Shown here one piece after another: positions 31,662-49,600 of a stretch of 64,000 nucleotides of DNA (position 1 is its first letter; every line of letters starts with the position of its first letter). Below the pieces are notes generated by a model, which was not told the DNA's origin, ran no database searches, and saw only the letters and a program-made list of their open reading frames with translations. The stretch lies in assembly GCA_964658305.1 (NCBI GenBank), contig OZ210885.1, forward strand, positions 26,226,001 through 26,290,000, given 5' to 3'. This stretch comes from Leptogorgia sarmentosa (Eukaryota). The position numbers were made by a program, and so were the translations under genes.

Positions 31662-34600
31662 TTAAAAATTATGATTAACAATCATATTAACGATCATGAT
31701 TATGATTAACGATCATGACTTTGATTAACGATCATGATTATGATTAAAGATTATGATTATGATTGAAGATCATGATTATGATTAACGATTATGATTATCA
31801 TTGACGATCATGATTATGTTTACCCATCATGATTAACGATCATCATTATGATTGACGATCATGATTATGATTAAAGATTATGATTATGATTGACGATCAT
31901 GATTATGATTAACGATCATGATTATCATTGACGATCATGGTTATGATTAACGATCATGATTATAATTAACGATCATGATTATCAATAACGATCATGATTA
32001 TCAATAACGATCATGATTAACGATCATGATTAACGACCATGATTATGATTAACGATCATGGTCATGATTAACGATCATGATTATGATTAAATATCATGAT
32101 TAACGATCATGATTAACGATCATGATTATGATTAACGATCATGATTAACGATCACATTAAAGATCATAATTATGATTAACGATCATCATTTTTATTAACG
32201 ATCATCATTATGATTAACGATCAGGATTATGATTAACGATAATGATTAACAATCATGATTATGATTGACGATCATGATTATGATTAACGATCATGATTAT
32301 GATTTGCGGCCATGATTATGATTGAGGATCATGATTATGATTAACTATCATGAATATGATTAACGATCATGATTATGTTTTACGATCATGATTATGATTA
32401 ACGATCATGATTACGATTAACGATCATGACTATGATTAAGGATGACGATTGACGATCATGAATTTGATTAACGATCATGAATATGATTAACGATCATGAA
32501 TATGATTAACGATGATGATTATGATTAACGATCATTATCATTATTAATGATCATGATTATGATTAACGATGATAATTAACGATCATGATTCACGATCATG
32601 ATTATGATTAACGATCATGATTAACGATCATGATTATGATTAACTATCATGACTATGATTAACGATCATGATTATGATTAACAATCATGATTATGATTAA
32701 CGATCGTGATTAACGATCATGATTAACGATCATGATTAACGATCATGATTAACGATCATGATTATGATTGACGATCATGATTATGATTAACGAACATGAT
32801 GATGATTAATGATCATGATTATGATTAAGGATCATGATTACGATTAACGATCTTGATTATGATTAACTATGATGATTGACGATCATGAATTTGATTAACG
32901 ATCATGATTATGATTGACGATCATGAATTTGATTAACGATCATGATTATGATTAACGATCATGAATATGATTAACGATGATGATTGACGATCATGAATTT
33001 GATTAACGATCATGATTATGATTAACGATGATAATTAACGATCATGATTCACGATCATGATTATGGTTAACGATCATGATTAACGGTCATGATTATGATT
33101 AACTATCATGATTATGATTAACGATCATGATTATGATTAACGACCATGATTATGGTTAAGGACCATGATTACGATTAACGATCATGATTATGATTAACGA
33201 TGATGATTGACGATCATGAATTTGATTAACGATCATGATTATGATTAACGATCATGAATATGATTAACGATTATGATTATGATTAACGATCATGACCATC
33301 ATTAACGATCATGTTTATGATTAACGATCATGACTATGATTAACGATCATGATTATGATTAACGATCATGATTATGATTAACGATGATAATTGACGATCA
33401 TGAATTTGATTAACGATCATAATTGTGATTAAAGATCATGACTATGATTAACGTTCATGATTATAATTAACGATCATGAATATGATTAACGATCATGATT
33501 ATGATTAACGATCATGATTGGCGATCATGATTATGATTAACGAACATAATTATGATTAATGATCATCATTAACGATCATGATTATGATTAACGATCATGA
33601 TTATGATTAACGATTATGAATAGGATTAACGATCATGATTATGATTAACGATCATGATTACGATAAACGATCATGATATGATTAACGATGATGATTGACG
33701 ATCATGAATTTTATTAACGATCATGATTATGATTAACGATCATGATTGACGATCATGATTATGATTGACGATCATGATTATGATTAACTATCACGATTAT
33801 GATCAGCGGTCATGATTATGATTGACTATCATGATTATGATTAACGATCATGAATATCATTAACGAACATGATTATGATTAACGATGATGATTGACGATC
33901 ATGAATTTGATTAACGATCATCATTATGATCAAAGATCATGATTAACGATCATATTAACGATCATGATTATGATTAACGATGATGATTTTGATTAACGTT
34001 CATGATTATAATTAACTATCATGCTTATGATAAACGATCATAATAAAGATTCACGATGATGATTATCATTACTGATTATGATCAACGATCATGATTATGA
34101 TTAGCGATTATGATTATGATGGACGATCATGATTATGATTAACGATCATGATTATGATTAACGATCATGATTATGATTAACGATCATGATTATCATTGAC
34201 GATCATGGTTATGATTAACGATCATGATTATGATTAACGATGATAATTGACGATCATGAATTTGATTAACGATCATAATTGTGATTAAAGATCTTGACTA
34301 TGATTAACGTTCATGATTATAATTAACGATCATGAATATGATTAACGATCATGATTATGATTAACGATCATGATTGGCGATCATGATTATGATTAACGAA
34401 CATAATTATGATTAATGATCATCATTAACGATCATGATTATGATTAACGATCATGATTATGATTAACGATTATGAATAGGATTAACGATCATGATTATGA
34501 TTAACGATCATGATTACGATAAACGATCATGATATGATTAACGATGATGATTGACGATCATGAATTTTATTAACGATCATGATTATGATTAACGATCATG

Positions 34601-37600
34601 ATTGACGATCATGATTATGATTGACGATCATGATTATGATTAACTATCACGATTATGATCAGCGGTCATGATTATGATTGACTATCATGATTATGATTAA
34701 CGATCATGAATATCATTAACGAACATGATTATGATTAACGATGATGATTGACGATCATGAATTTGATTAACGATCATCATTATGATCAAAGATCATGATT
34801 AACGATCATATTAACGATCATGATTATGATTAACGATGATGATTTTGATTAACGTTCATGATTATAATTAACTATCATGCTTATGATAAACGATCATAAT
34901 AAAGATTCACGATGATGATTATCATTACTGATTATGATCAACGATCATGATTATGATTAGCGATTATGATTATGATGGACGATCATGATTATGATTAACG
35001 ATCATGATTATGATTAACGATCATGATTATGATTAACGATCATGATTATCATTGACGATCATGGTTATGATTAACGATCATGATTATGATTAACGATGAT
35101 AATTGACGATCATGAATTTGATTAACGATCATAATTGTGATTAAAGATCTTGACTATGATTAACGTTCATGATTATAATTAACGATCATGAATATGATTA
35201 ACGATCATGATTATGATTAACGATCATGATTGGCGATCATGATTATGATTAACGAACATAATTATGATTAATGATCATCATTAACGATCATGATTATGAT
35301 TAGCGATTATGATTATGATGGACGATCATGATTATGATTAACGATCATGATTATGATTAACGATCATCATTATGATTAACGATCATGATTATCATTGACG
35401 ATCATGGTTATGATTAACGATCATGATTATGATTAGAGATCATGATTATGATTAACCATCATGATTAACGATCATGATTAACGATCATGATCGTGATTAA
35501 CGATAACGATTATGATTAACGGTCATGATTAACGATCATATTAACGATCATAATTATGATTAACAATCATGATTTCTGTTAACGATCATGATTGTGATTA
35601 ACGATCATTATTATGATTAACGTTCATGATTATAATTAACTGTCATGATTATAATTAACGATCATGCTTATGATAAACGATCATAATAAAGACTCACGAT
35701 CATGATTATCATTACTGATTATGATTAACGATCATGATTATGATTAACGATTATGATTATGATTAACGATCATGACTATGATTAACTGTCATGATACTAA
35801 TTAACTGTCATGCTTATGATAAACGATCATAAAAAATATTCACTATCATGATTATCATTACGGATTATGATCAACGATCATGATTATGATTAACGATCAT
35901 GATTATAATTAACTATCATGCTTATGATAAACGATCATAATAAAGATTCACGATTATGATTATCATTACTGATTACGATTAACGATCATGATTATGATTA
36001 AAGATCATGATTGACGATCATGATTACGATTAACGAACATGATTAAAGATTAACAATCCTGATTATGATTAACGATCATGATTATGATTAACGATCATGA
36101 TTATGATTAAAGCTGGTGATTGACGATCATGAATTTGATTAACGATCATGATTATGATAAGTGGTCATGATTATGATTGACGATCATGATTGACGATCAT
36201 GATTATGATTAACGAACATGATTATGATTGACGATCATGATTATGATTAACGAACATGATTATGATTAACCGGCATGATTATGATTAGCGATCATGATTA
36301 TGATTAACGATCATGATTATCATTGACAATCATGGTTATGATTAACGATCATGATTATGATTAAAGATTATGATTATGATTAATGATCATAATTATGATA
36401 AACGATCATGAATAACGATCATGATTATGATTAACGATCATGATTATGATTAGTGATCATGATTATGATTAACGATCATGATTATGATTAAAGATTATGA
36501 TTATGATTAATGATCATGATTATGATAAACGATCATGATTAACGATCATGATTATGATTAACGATCATGATTACGATTAACGATCATGATTATGATTAAC
36601 GATGATGATTGACGACCTGGAATTCGATTTACCATCATGATTATGATTAACGATCATGATTATGATTAACGATGATGATTGACGATCATGAATTTGATTA
36701 ATTATCATGATTATGATTAGCGGTCATGATTATGATTAGCGGTCATGATTATGATTAGCGGTCATGATTATGATTGTCGATCATGATTATGATTAACGAT
36801 AATGATTATGATTAACGATCATGAATATGATTAACGATCATGATTATCATTAACGAACATGATTATGATTAACGATGATGATTGACGATCATGAATTTGA
36901 TTAACGATCATGATTATGATTAACGATCATAAATATGATTAACGATCACGATTACGATTAGCGGTCCTGATTATGATTGACGATCATGATTATTATTAAC
37001 GATCATGAATATGATTAACGATCATGATTATGATTGACGATCATGAATATGATTAACGATCATGATTATGATTAACGATGATGATTGACTATCAGGAATT
37101 TGATTTACGATCATGCTTATGATTAACGATCATGACCATGATTAACGATCATGATTATGATTAACGATCATGATTATGAGTAACGATGATGATTGACGAT
37201 CATGAACTTGATTAATTATCATGATTATGATTAGCGGTCATGATTATGATTGACGATCATGATTATGATTAACGATGATGATTATGATTAACGATCATGA
37301 ATATGATTAACGATCATGATTATGATTAACGATCATGATTGACGATCATGATTATGATTAACGATCATGATGATGATTGACGCTCATGATTATGATTAAC
37401 GATCATGAATATGATTAACGATCATGATTGACGATCATGATTATGATTAACGATCATGACCATGATTAACGATCATGATTATGATTAACGATCATGATTA
37501 TGAGTAACGATGATGATTGACGATCATGAATTTGATTAATTATCATGATTATGATTAGCGGTCATGATTATGATTGACGATCATGATTATGATTAACGAT

Positions 37601-40600
37601 GATGATTATGATTAACGATCATGAATATGATTAACGATCATGATTATGATTAACGATCATGATTGACGATCATGATTATGATTAACGATCGTGATGATGA
37701 TTGACGCTCATGATTATGATTAACGACCATGAATATGATTAACGATCATATTAACGATCATGATTGTGATTAACGATCATGATTTTGATTAACGATCATG
37801 ATTATGATTAAAGATTATAATTATGACTAATAATCATGATTATGATTAACAATCATGATTAACGATCATGATTATGATTAACGATCACGATTATGATTAA
37901 CGATCATGATTATGATTAACGTTCGTGATAATGATTAACTGTCATGATTATAATTAACGATCATGCTTATGATAAACGATCATGATTATGATTAACGATC
38001 ATGATTATGATTAACCATCATGATTAACGATCATCATTAACGGTCATGATTATGATTGACGATCATGATTGACGATTATGATTATGATTAACGAACATGA
38101 TTATGATTAACGATCATGATTATGATTAACGAACATGATTATGATTTACCGCCATGATTATCATTAGCGATCATGATTATGACAAACGATCATGATTATG
38201 ATTAACGATCACGATTAACAATCATGATTATAATTAAGGATCATGATTAATATTACCGATCATGATTATGATTAACGAACATGATTATGTTTAATGATCG
38301 TAATTAACGATCATGATTATGATTAACGATCATGATAATGATTAACGATCATGATTATGATTAACGATCATGAATATGATTAACGATCATGATTATGATT
38401 AACGATCATGATTACGAATAACGATCATGATTATGATTAGCGATGATGATTGACGATCAGGAATTCGATTTACGATCATGATTATGATTAACGATCATGA
38501 CCATGATTAACGATCATGATTATGATTAACGAACATGATTATTATTAACGATGATGATTGACGATCATGAATTTGATTAATTATCATGATTATGATTAGC
38601 GGTCATGATTATGATTGACGATCATGATTATGGATAATGATCATGAATATGATTAACGATCATGATTATGATTAGCGGTCATGATTATGATTGTCGATCA
38701 TGATTATGATTAACGATCATGAATATGATTAACGATCAGGATTATGATTAACGATCATGATCGACGATCATGATTATGATTAACGAACATGATTATGATT
38801 AACGATGATGATTGACGATCATGAATTCGATTAACGATCATGATTATAGTTAAAGATCATGATTGACGATCATGATTACGATTAACGAACAAGATTATGA
38901 TTAACGATCATGATTATGATTAAAGATTATGATCATGATTAATGATCATGATTGTGATTAACGATCATGATTATGATTGACAATCATGATTATGATTAGC
39001 GGTCATGATTATGATTGACGATCATGATTATGATTAACTATGATGATTGACGATCATGAATTTGATTAACGATCATGATTATGATTGACGATCATGAATT
39101 TGATTAACGATCATGATTATGATTAACGATCATGAATATGATTAACGATGATGATTGACGATCATGAATTTGATTAACGATCATGATTATGATTAACGAT
39201 GATAATTAACGATCATGATTCACGATCATGATTATGGTTAACGATCATGATTAACGGTCATGATTATGATTAACTATCATGATTATGATTAACGATCATG
39301 ATTATGATTAACGACCATGATTATGGTTAAGGACCATGATTACGATTAACGATCATGATTATGATTAACGATGATGATTGACGATCATGAATTTGATTAA
39401 CGATCATGATTATGATTAACGATCATGAATATGATTAACGATTATGATTATGATTAACGATCATGACCATCATTAACGATCATGTTTATGATTAACGATC
39501 ATGACTATGATTAACGATCATGATTATGATTAACGATCATGATTATGATTAACGATGATAATTGACGATCATGAATTTGATTAACGATCATAATTGTGAT
39601 TAAAGATCATGACTATGATTAACGTTCATGATTATAATTAACGATCATGAATATGATTAACGATCATGATTATGATTAACGATCATGATTGGCGATCATG
39701 ATTATGATTAACGAACATAATTATGATTAATGATCATCATTAACGATCATGATTATGATTAACGATCATGATTATGATTAACGATTATGAATAGGATTAA
39801 CGATCATGATTATGATTAACGATCATGATTACGATAAACGATCATGATATGATTAACGATGATGATTGACGATCATGAATTTTATTAACGATCATGATTA
39901 TGATTAACGATCATGATTGACGATCATGATTATGATTGACGATCATGATTATGATTAACTATCACGATTATGATCAGCGGTCATGATTATGATTGACTAT
40001 CATGATTATGATTAACGATCATGAATATCATTAACGAACATGATTATGATTAACGATGATGATTGACGATCATGAATTTGATTAACGATCATCATTATGA
40101 TCAAAGATCATGATTAACGATCATATTAACGATCATGATTATGATTAACGATGATGATTTTGATTAACGTTCATGATTATAATTAACTATCATGCTTATG
40201 ATAAACGATCATAATAAAGATTCACGATGATGATTATCATTACTGATTATGATCAACGATCATGATTATGATTAGCGATTATGATTATGATGGACGATCA
40301 TGATTATGATTAACGATCATGATTATGATTAACGATCATGATTATGATTAACGATCATGATTATCATTGACGATCATGGTTATGATTAACGATCATGATT
40401 ATGATTAACGATGATAATTGACGATCATGAATTTGATTAACGATCATAATTGTGATTAAAGATCTTGACTATGATTAACGTTCATGATTATAATTAACGA
40501 TCATGAATATGATTAACGATCATGATTATGATTAACGATCATGATTGGCGATCATGATTATGATTAACGAACATAATTATGATTAATGATCATCATTAAC

Positions 40601-43600
40601 GATCATGATTATGATTAACGATCATGATTATGATTAACGATTATGAATAGGATTAACGATCATGATTATGATTAACGATCATGATTACGATAAACGATCA
40701 TGATATGATTAACGATGATGATTGACGATCATGAATTTTATTAACGATCATGATTATGATTAACGATCATGATTGACGATCATGATTATGATTGACGATC
40801 ATGATTATGATTAACTATCACGATTATGATCAGCGGTCATGATTATGATTGACTATCATGATTATGATTAACGATCATGAATATCATTAACGAACATGAT
40901 TATGATTAACGATGATGATTGACGATCATGAATTTGATTAACGATCATCATTATGATCAAAGATCATGATTAACGATCATATTAACGATCATGATTATGA
41001 TTAACGATGATGATTTTGATTAACGATCATGATTATAATTAACTATCATGCTTATGATAAACGATCATAATAAAGATTCACGATGATGATTATCATTACT
41101 GATTATGATCAACGATCATGATTATGATTAGCGATTATGATTATGATGGACGATCATGATTATGATTAACGATCATGATTATGATTAACGATCATCATTA
41201 TGATTAACGATCATGATTATCATTGACGATCATGGTTATGATTAACGATCATGATTATGATTAGAGATCATGATTATGATTAACCATCATGATTAACGAT
41301 CATGATTAACGATCATGATCGTGATTAACGATAACGATTATGATTAACGGTCATGATTAACGATCATATTAACGATCATAATTATGATTAACAATCATGA
41401 TTTCTGTTAACGATCATGATTATGATTAACGATCATTATTATGATTAACGTTCATGATTATAATTAACTGTCATGATTATAATTAACGATCATGCTTATG
41501 ATAAACGATCATAATAAAGACTCACGATCATGATTATCATTACTGATTATGATTAACGATCATGATTATGATTAACGATTATGATTATGATTAACGATCA
41601 TGACTATGATTAACTGTCATGATACTAATTAACTATCATGCTTATGATAAACGATCATAAAAAATATTCACTATCATGATTATCATTACGGATTATGATC
41701 AACGATCATGATTATGATTAACGATCATGATTATAATTAACTATCATGCTTATGATAAACGATCATAATAAAGATTCACGATTATGATTATCATTACTGA
41801 TTACGATTAACGATCATGATTATGATTAAAGATCATGATTGACGATCATGATTACGATTAACGAACATGATTAAAGATTAACAATCCTGATTATGATTAA
41901 CGATCATGATTATGATTAACGATCATGATTATGATTAAAGCTGGTGATTGACGATCATGAATTTGATTAACGATCATGATTATGATAAGTGGTCATGATT
42001 ATGATTGACGATCATGATTGACGATCATGATTATGATTAACGAACATGATTATGATTGACGATCATGATTATGATTAACGAACATGATTATGATTAACCG
42101 GCATGATTATGATTAGCGATCATGATTATGATTAACGATCATGATTATCATTGACAATCATGGTTATGATTAACGATCATGATTATGATTAAAGATTATG
42201 ATTATGATTAATGATCATGATTATGATAAACGATCATGAATAACGATCATGATTATGATTAACGATCATGATTATGATTAGTGATCATGATTATGATTAA
42301 CGATCATGATTATGATTAAAGATTATGATTATGATTAATGATCATGATTATGATAAACGATCATGATTAACGATCATGATTATGATTAACGATCATGATT
42401 ACGATTAACGATCATGATTATGATTAACGATGATGATTGACGACCTGGAATTCGATTTACCATCATGATTATGATTAACGATCATGATTATGATTAACGA
42501 TGATGATTGACGATCATGAATTTGATTAATTATCATGATTATGATTAGCGGTCATGATTATGATTAGCGGTCATGATTATGATTAGCGGTCATGATTATG
42601 ATTGTCGATCATGATTATGATTAACGATAATGATTATGATTAACGATCATGAATATGATTAACGATCATGATTATCATTAACGAACATGATTATGATTAA
42701 CGATGATGATTGACGATCATGAATTTGATTAACGATCATGATTATGATTAACGATCATAAATATGATTAACGATCACGATTACGATTAGCGGTCCTGATT
42801 ATGATTGACGATCATGATTATTATTAACGATCATGAATATGATTAACGATCATGATTATGATTGACGATCATGAATATGATTAACGATCATGATTATGAT
42901 TAACGATGATGATTGACTATCAGGAATTTGATTTACGATCATGCTTATGATTAACGATCATGACCATGATTAACGATCATGATTATGATTAACGATCATG
43001 ATTATGAGTAACGATTATGATTGACGATCATGAACTTGATTAATTATCATGATTATGATTAGCGGTCATGATTATGATTGACGATCATGATTATGATTAA
43101 CGATGATGATTATGATTAACGATCATGAATATGATTAACGATCATGATTATGATTAACGATCATGATTGACGATCATGATTATGATTAACGATCATGATG
43201 ATGATTGACGCTCATGATTATGATTAACGATCATGAATATGATTAACGATCATGATTGACGATCATGATTATGATTAACGATCATGACCATGATTAACGA
43301 TCATGATTATGATTAACGATCATGATTATGAGTAACGATGATGATTGACGATCATGAATTTGATTAATTATCATGATTATGATTAGCGGTCATGATTATG
43401 ATTGACGATCATGATTATGATTAACGATGATGATTATGATTAACGATCATGAATATGATTAACGATCATGATTATGATTAACGATCATGATTGACGATCA
43501 TGATTATGATTAACGATCGTGATGATGATTGACGCTCATGATTATGATTAACGACCATGAATATGATTAACGATCATAATTGACGATCATGATTATGATT

Positions 43601-46600
43601 AACGATCATGATTATGATTAGCGGTCATGATTATGATTGTCGATCATGATTATGATCAACGATCATGAATATGATTAACGATCATGATTATGATTAACGA
43701 TCATGATTGACGATCATGATTATGATTAACGATCATGAATATGATTAACGATCATGATTATGATTATCGGTCATGATTATCATTGACGATCATGATTATG
43801 ATTAACGATCATGAATATGATTAACGATCATGATTATGATTAACGATCATGATTATGATTAACGAACATGATTATGATTAACGATGATGATTGACAATCA
43901 TGAATTTGATTAACGATCATGATTATGATTAACGATCATGAATATGATTAACGATCATGATTACGATTAGCGGTCCTGATTATGATTGACGATCATGATT
44001 ATTATTAACGATCATGAATATGATTAACGATCATGATTATGATTAACGATCATGATTATGATTAACGATCATGATTATGATTAAGGATTATGATAGATGA
44101 TCATGAATTTCAATAACGATGATTATTATGATTAACGATCATGAATATGACTAAAGATGATGATTATGATTAACGATCATGATTGACGATCATGATCATG
44201 ATTAACGAACGTGATTAACGATCATATTAACGATCATATTAACGATCATGATTATGATTAACGATCATGATTTTGATTAACGATCATGATTATGATTAAT
44301 GATCATGATTAACGGTCATCATTATGATTAACGATCATGATCAACGATCATGATTATGATTACGATTATGATTATGATTAACGATATCGAGTGACGATAA
44401 TGATTATGATTAACCATCATAATTAACGATCATCATTATGATTGGCGGTCATGATTATGATTAACGATCGTGAATATATTTGACGATAATGGTTATGATT
44501 AACGATCATAATTATGATTGACGACCATGATTATGATTAACGATCATGATTATGATTGAAGATTACGATCATGATTAATGATCATGATTGTGATTAACGA
44601 TCATGATTATGATTGACTATCATGATTATGATTAGCGGTCATGATTATGATTGACGATAATGATTATGATTAACGATCATGAATATGATTAAAGATCATG
44701 ATTATGATTAGCGGTCATGATTATGATTAACGATCATGATTATGATTAAGGATTATGATAGATGATCATGAATTTCAATAACGATGATGATTATGATTAA
44801 CGATCATGAATATGATTAAGGATGATGATTATGATTAACGATCATGATTGACGATCATGATCATGATTAACGAACATGATTAACGATCATATTAATGATC
44901 ATGATTATGATTAACGATCATGATTTTGATTAACGATCATGATTATGATTAATGATCATGATTAACGGTCATCATTATGATTAACGATCATGATCAACGA
45001 TCATGATTATCATTACGATTATGATTATGATTATGATTAACGATATCGAGTGACGATAATGATTATGGTTAACCATCATAATTAACGGTCATCATTATGA
45101 TTGGCGGTCATGATTATGATTAACGATCATGAATATATTTGACGATAATGTTTATGATTAACGATCATGATTATGATTGACGACCATGATTATGATTAAC
45201 GATCATGATTATGATTGAAGATTATGATCATGATTAATGATCATGATTGTGATTAACGATCATGATTATGATTGACTATCATGATTATGATTAGCGGTCA
45301 TGATTATGATTGACGATCATGATTATGATTAACGATCATGAATATGATTAAAGATCATGATTATCATTAGCGGTCATGATTATGATTAACGATCATGAAT
45401 CTGATTAACGATCATGATTATGATTAACGATGATGATTATGATTGAAGATTATGATCATGATTAATGATCATGATTGTGTTTAACGATCATGATTATGAT
45501 TAACTATCATGATTATTATTAGCGGTCATGATTATGATTGACGATCATGATTATGATTAACGATCATGAATATGATTAAAGATCATGATTATGATTAGCC
45601 GTCATGATTATGATTAACGATCATGATTATGATTAACGATCATGATTATGATTAGCGGTCATGATTATGATTGTCGATCATGATTATGATTAACGATCAT
45701 GAATATGATTAACGATCATGATTATGATTAACGATGATGATTGACGATCATGAATTTGATTAACGATCATGATTATAGTTAAAGATCATGATTGACGATC
45801 ATGATTACGATTAACGAACAAGATTATGATTAACGATCATGATTATGATTAAAGATTATGATCATGATTAATGATCATGATTGTGATTAACGATCATGAT
45901 TATGATTAACGATCATGATTACGATTAACGATTTTGATTATGATTGACGATGATGATTGACTATCAGGAATTCGATTTACGATCATGATTATGATTAACG
46001 ATCATGACCATGATTAACGATCATGATTATGATTAGCGGTCATGATTATGATTGACGATCATGATTATGATTAACGATCATGAATATGATTAACGATCAT
46101 GATTATGATTAACGATCATGATTATGATTAACGAACATGATTATGATTAACGATGATGATTATGATTAACGATCATGATTATGATTAACGATCGTGATGA
46201 TGATTGACGCTCATGATTATGATTAACGACCATGAATATGATTAACGATCATAATTGACGATCATGATTATGATTAACGATCATGATTATGATTAGCGGT
46301 CATGATTATGATTGTCGATCTTGATTATGATCAACGATCATGAATATGATTAACGATCATGATTATGATTAACGATCATGATTGACGATCATGATTATGA
46401 TTAACGATCATGAATATGATTAACGATCATGATTATGATTATCGGTCATGATTATCATTGACGATCATGATTATGATTAACGATCATGAATATGATTAAC
46501 GATCATGATTATGATTAACGATCATGATTATGATTAACGAACATGATTATGATTAACGATGATGATTGACAATCATGAATTTGATTAACGATCATGATTA

Positions 46601-49600
46601 TGATTAACGATCATGAATATGATTAACGATCATGATTACGATTAGCGGTCCTGATTATGATTGACGATCATGATTATTATTAACGATCATGAATATGATT
46701 AACGATCATGATTATGATTAACGATCATGATTATGATTAACGATCATGATTATGATTAAGGATTATGATAGATGATCATGAATTTCAATAACGATGATTA
46801 TTATGATTAACGATCATGAATATGACTAAAGATGATGATTATGATTAACGATCATGATTGACGATCATGATCATGATTAACGAACGTGATTAACGATCAT
46901 ATTAACGATCATATTAACGATCATGATTATGATTAACGATCATGATTTTGATTAACGATCATGATTATGATTAATGATCATGATTAACGGTCATCATTAT
47001 GATTAACGATCATGATCAACGATCATGATTATGATTACGATTATGATTATGATTAACGATATCGAGTGACGATAATGATTATGATTAACCATCATAATTA
47101 ACGATCATCATTATGATTGGCGGTCATGATTATGATTAACGATCGTGAATATATTTGACGATAATGGTTATGATTAACGATCATAATTATGATTGACGAC
47201 CATGATTATGATTAACGATCATGATTATGATTGAAGATTACGATCATGATTAATGATCATGATTGTGATTAACGATCATGATTATGATTGACTATCATGA
47301 TTATGATTAGCGGTCATGATTATGATTGACGATAATGATTATGATTAACGATCATGAATATGATTAAAGATCATGATTATGATTAGCGGTCATGATTATG
47401 ATTAACGATCATGATTATGATTAAGGATTATGATAGATGATCATGAATTTCAATAACGATGATGATTATGATTAACGATCATGAATATGATTAAGGATGA
47501 TGATTATGATTAACGATCATGATTGACGATCATGATCATGATTAACGAACATGATTAACGATCATATTAATGATCATGATTATGATTAACGATCATGATT
47601 TTGATTAACGATCATGATTATGATTAATGATCATGATTAACGGTCATCATTATGATTAACGATCATGATCAACGATCATGATTATCATTACGATTATGAT
47701 TATGATTATGATTAACGATATCGAGTGACGATAATGATTATGGTTAACCATCATAATTAACGGTCATCATTATGATTGGCGGTCATGATTATGATTAACG
47801 ATCATGAATATATTTGACGATAATGTTTATGATTAACGATCATGATTATGATTGACGACCATGATTATGATTAACGATCATGATTATGATTGAAGATTAT
47901 GATCATGATTAATGATCATGATTGTGATTAACGATCATGATTATGATTGACTATCATGATTATGATTAGCGGTCATGATTATGATTGACGATCATGATTA
48001 TGATTAACGATCATGAATATGATTAAAGATCATGATTATCATTAGCGGTCATGATTATGATTAACGATCATGAATCTGATTAACGATCATGATTATGATT
48101 AACGATGATGATTATGATTGAAGATTATGATCATGATTAATGATCATGATTGTGTTTAACGATCATGATTATGATTAACTATCATGATTATGATTAGCGG
48201 TCATGATTATGATTGACGATCATGATTATGATTAACGATCATGAATATGATTAAAGATCATGATTATGATTAGCCGTCATGATTATGATTAACGATCATG
48301 ATTATGATTAACGATCATGATTATGATTAGCGGTCATGATTATGATTGTCGATCATGATTATGATTAACGATCATGAATATGATTAACGATCATGATTAT
48401 GATTAACGATGATGATTGACGATCATGAATTTGATTAACGATCATGATTATAGTTAAAGATCATGATTGACGATCATGATTACGATTAACGAACAAGATT
48501 ATGATTAACGATCATGATTATGATTAAAGATTATGATCATGATTAATGATCATGATTGTGATTAACGATCATGATTATGATTAACGATCATGATTACGAT
48601 TAACGATTTTGATTATGATTGACGATGATGATTGACTATCAGGAATTCGATTTACGATCATGATTATGATTAACGATCATGACCATGATTAACGATCATG
48701 ATTATGATTAGCGGTCATGATTATGATTGACGATCATGATTATGATTAACGATCATGAATATGATTAACGATCATGATTATGATTAACGATCATGATTGT
48801 GATTAACGATCATGATTATGATTAACGATCATGATTACGATTAACGATTTTGATTATGATTGACGATGATGATTGACTATCAGGAATTCGATTTACGATC
48901 ATGATTATGATTAACGATCATGACCATGATTAACGATCATGATTATGATTAACGATCATGAATATGATTAACGATCATGATTATGATTAACGATCATGAT
49001 TGACGATCATGATTATGATTAACGAACATGATTATGATTAACGATCATGATTATGAATAACGAACATGATTATGATTAACCGTCATGATTATGATTAGCG
49101 ATCATGATTATGACTAACGATCATGATTATGATTAACGATCACGATTAACAATCATGATTATAATTAAGGATCATGATTTATATTAACGATCATGATTAT
49201 GATTAAGGATAATGATTATGTTTAACGATCATGATTAAAATCAACGATCATGATTATGATTAACGAACATGATTATGTTTAATGATCGTGATTAATGATC
49301 ATGATTATGATTAACGATCATGAATATGATTAACGATCATGATTATGATTAACGATCATGATTATGATTAACGATGATGATTGACGATCATGAATTTGAT
49401 TAATTACCATGATTATGATTAGCGGTCATGATTATGATTGACGAACATGATTACGAACAATGATCATGATTATGATTAACGATGATGATTGACGATCAGG
49501 AATTCGATTTACGATCATGATTATGATTAACGATCATGACCATGATTAACGATCACGATTATGATTAACGATCTTGATTATGATTAACGATGATGATTGA

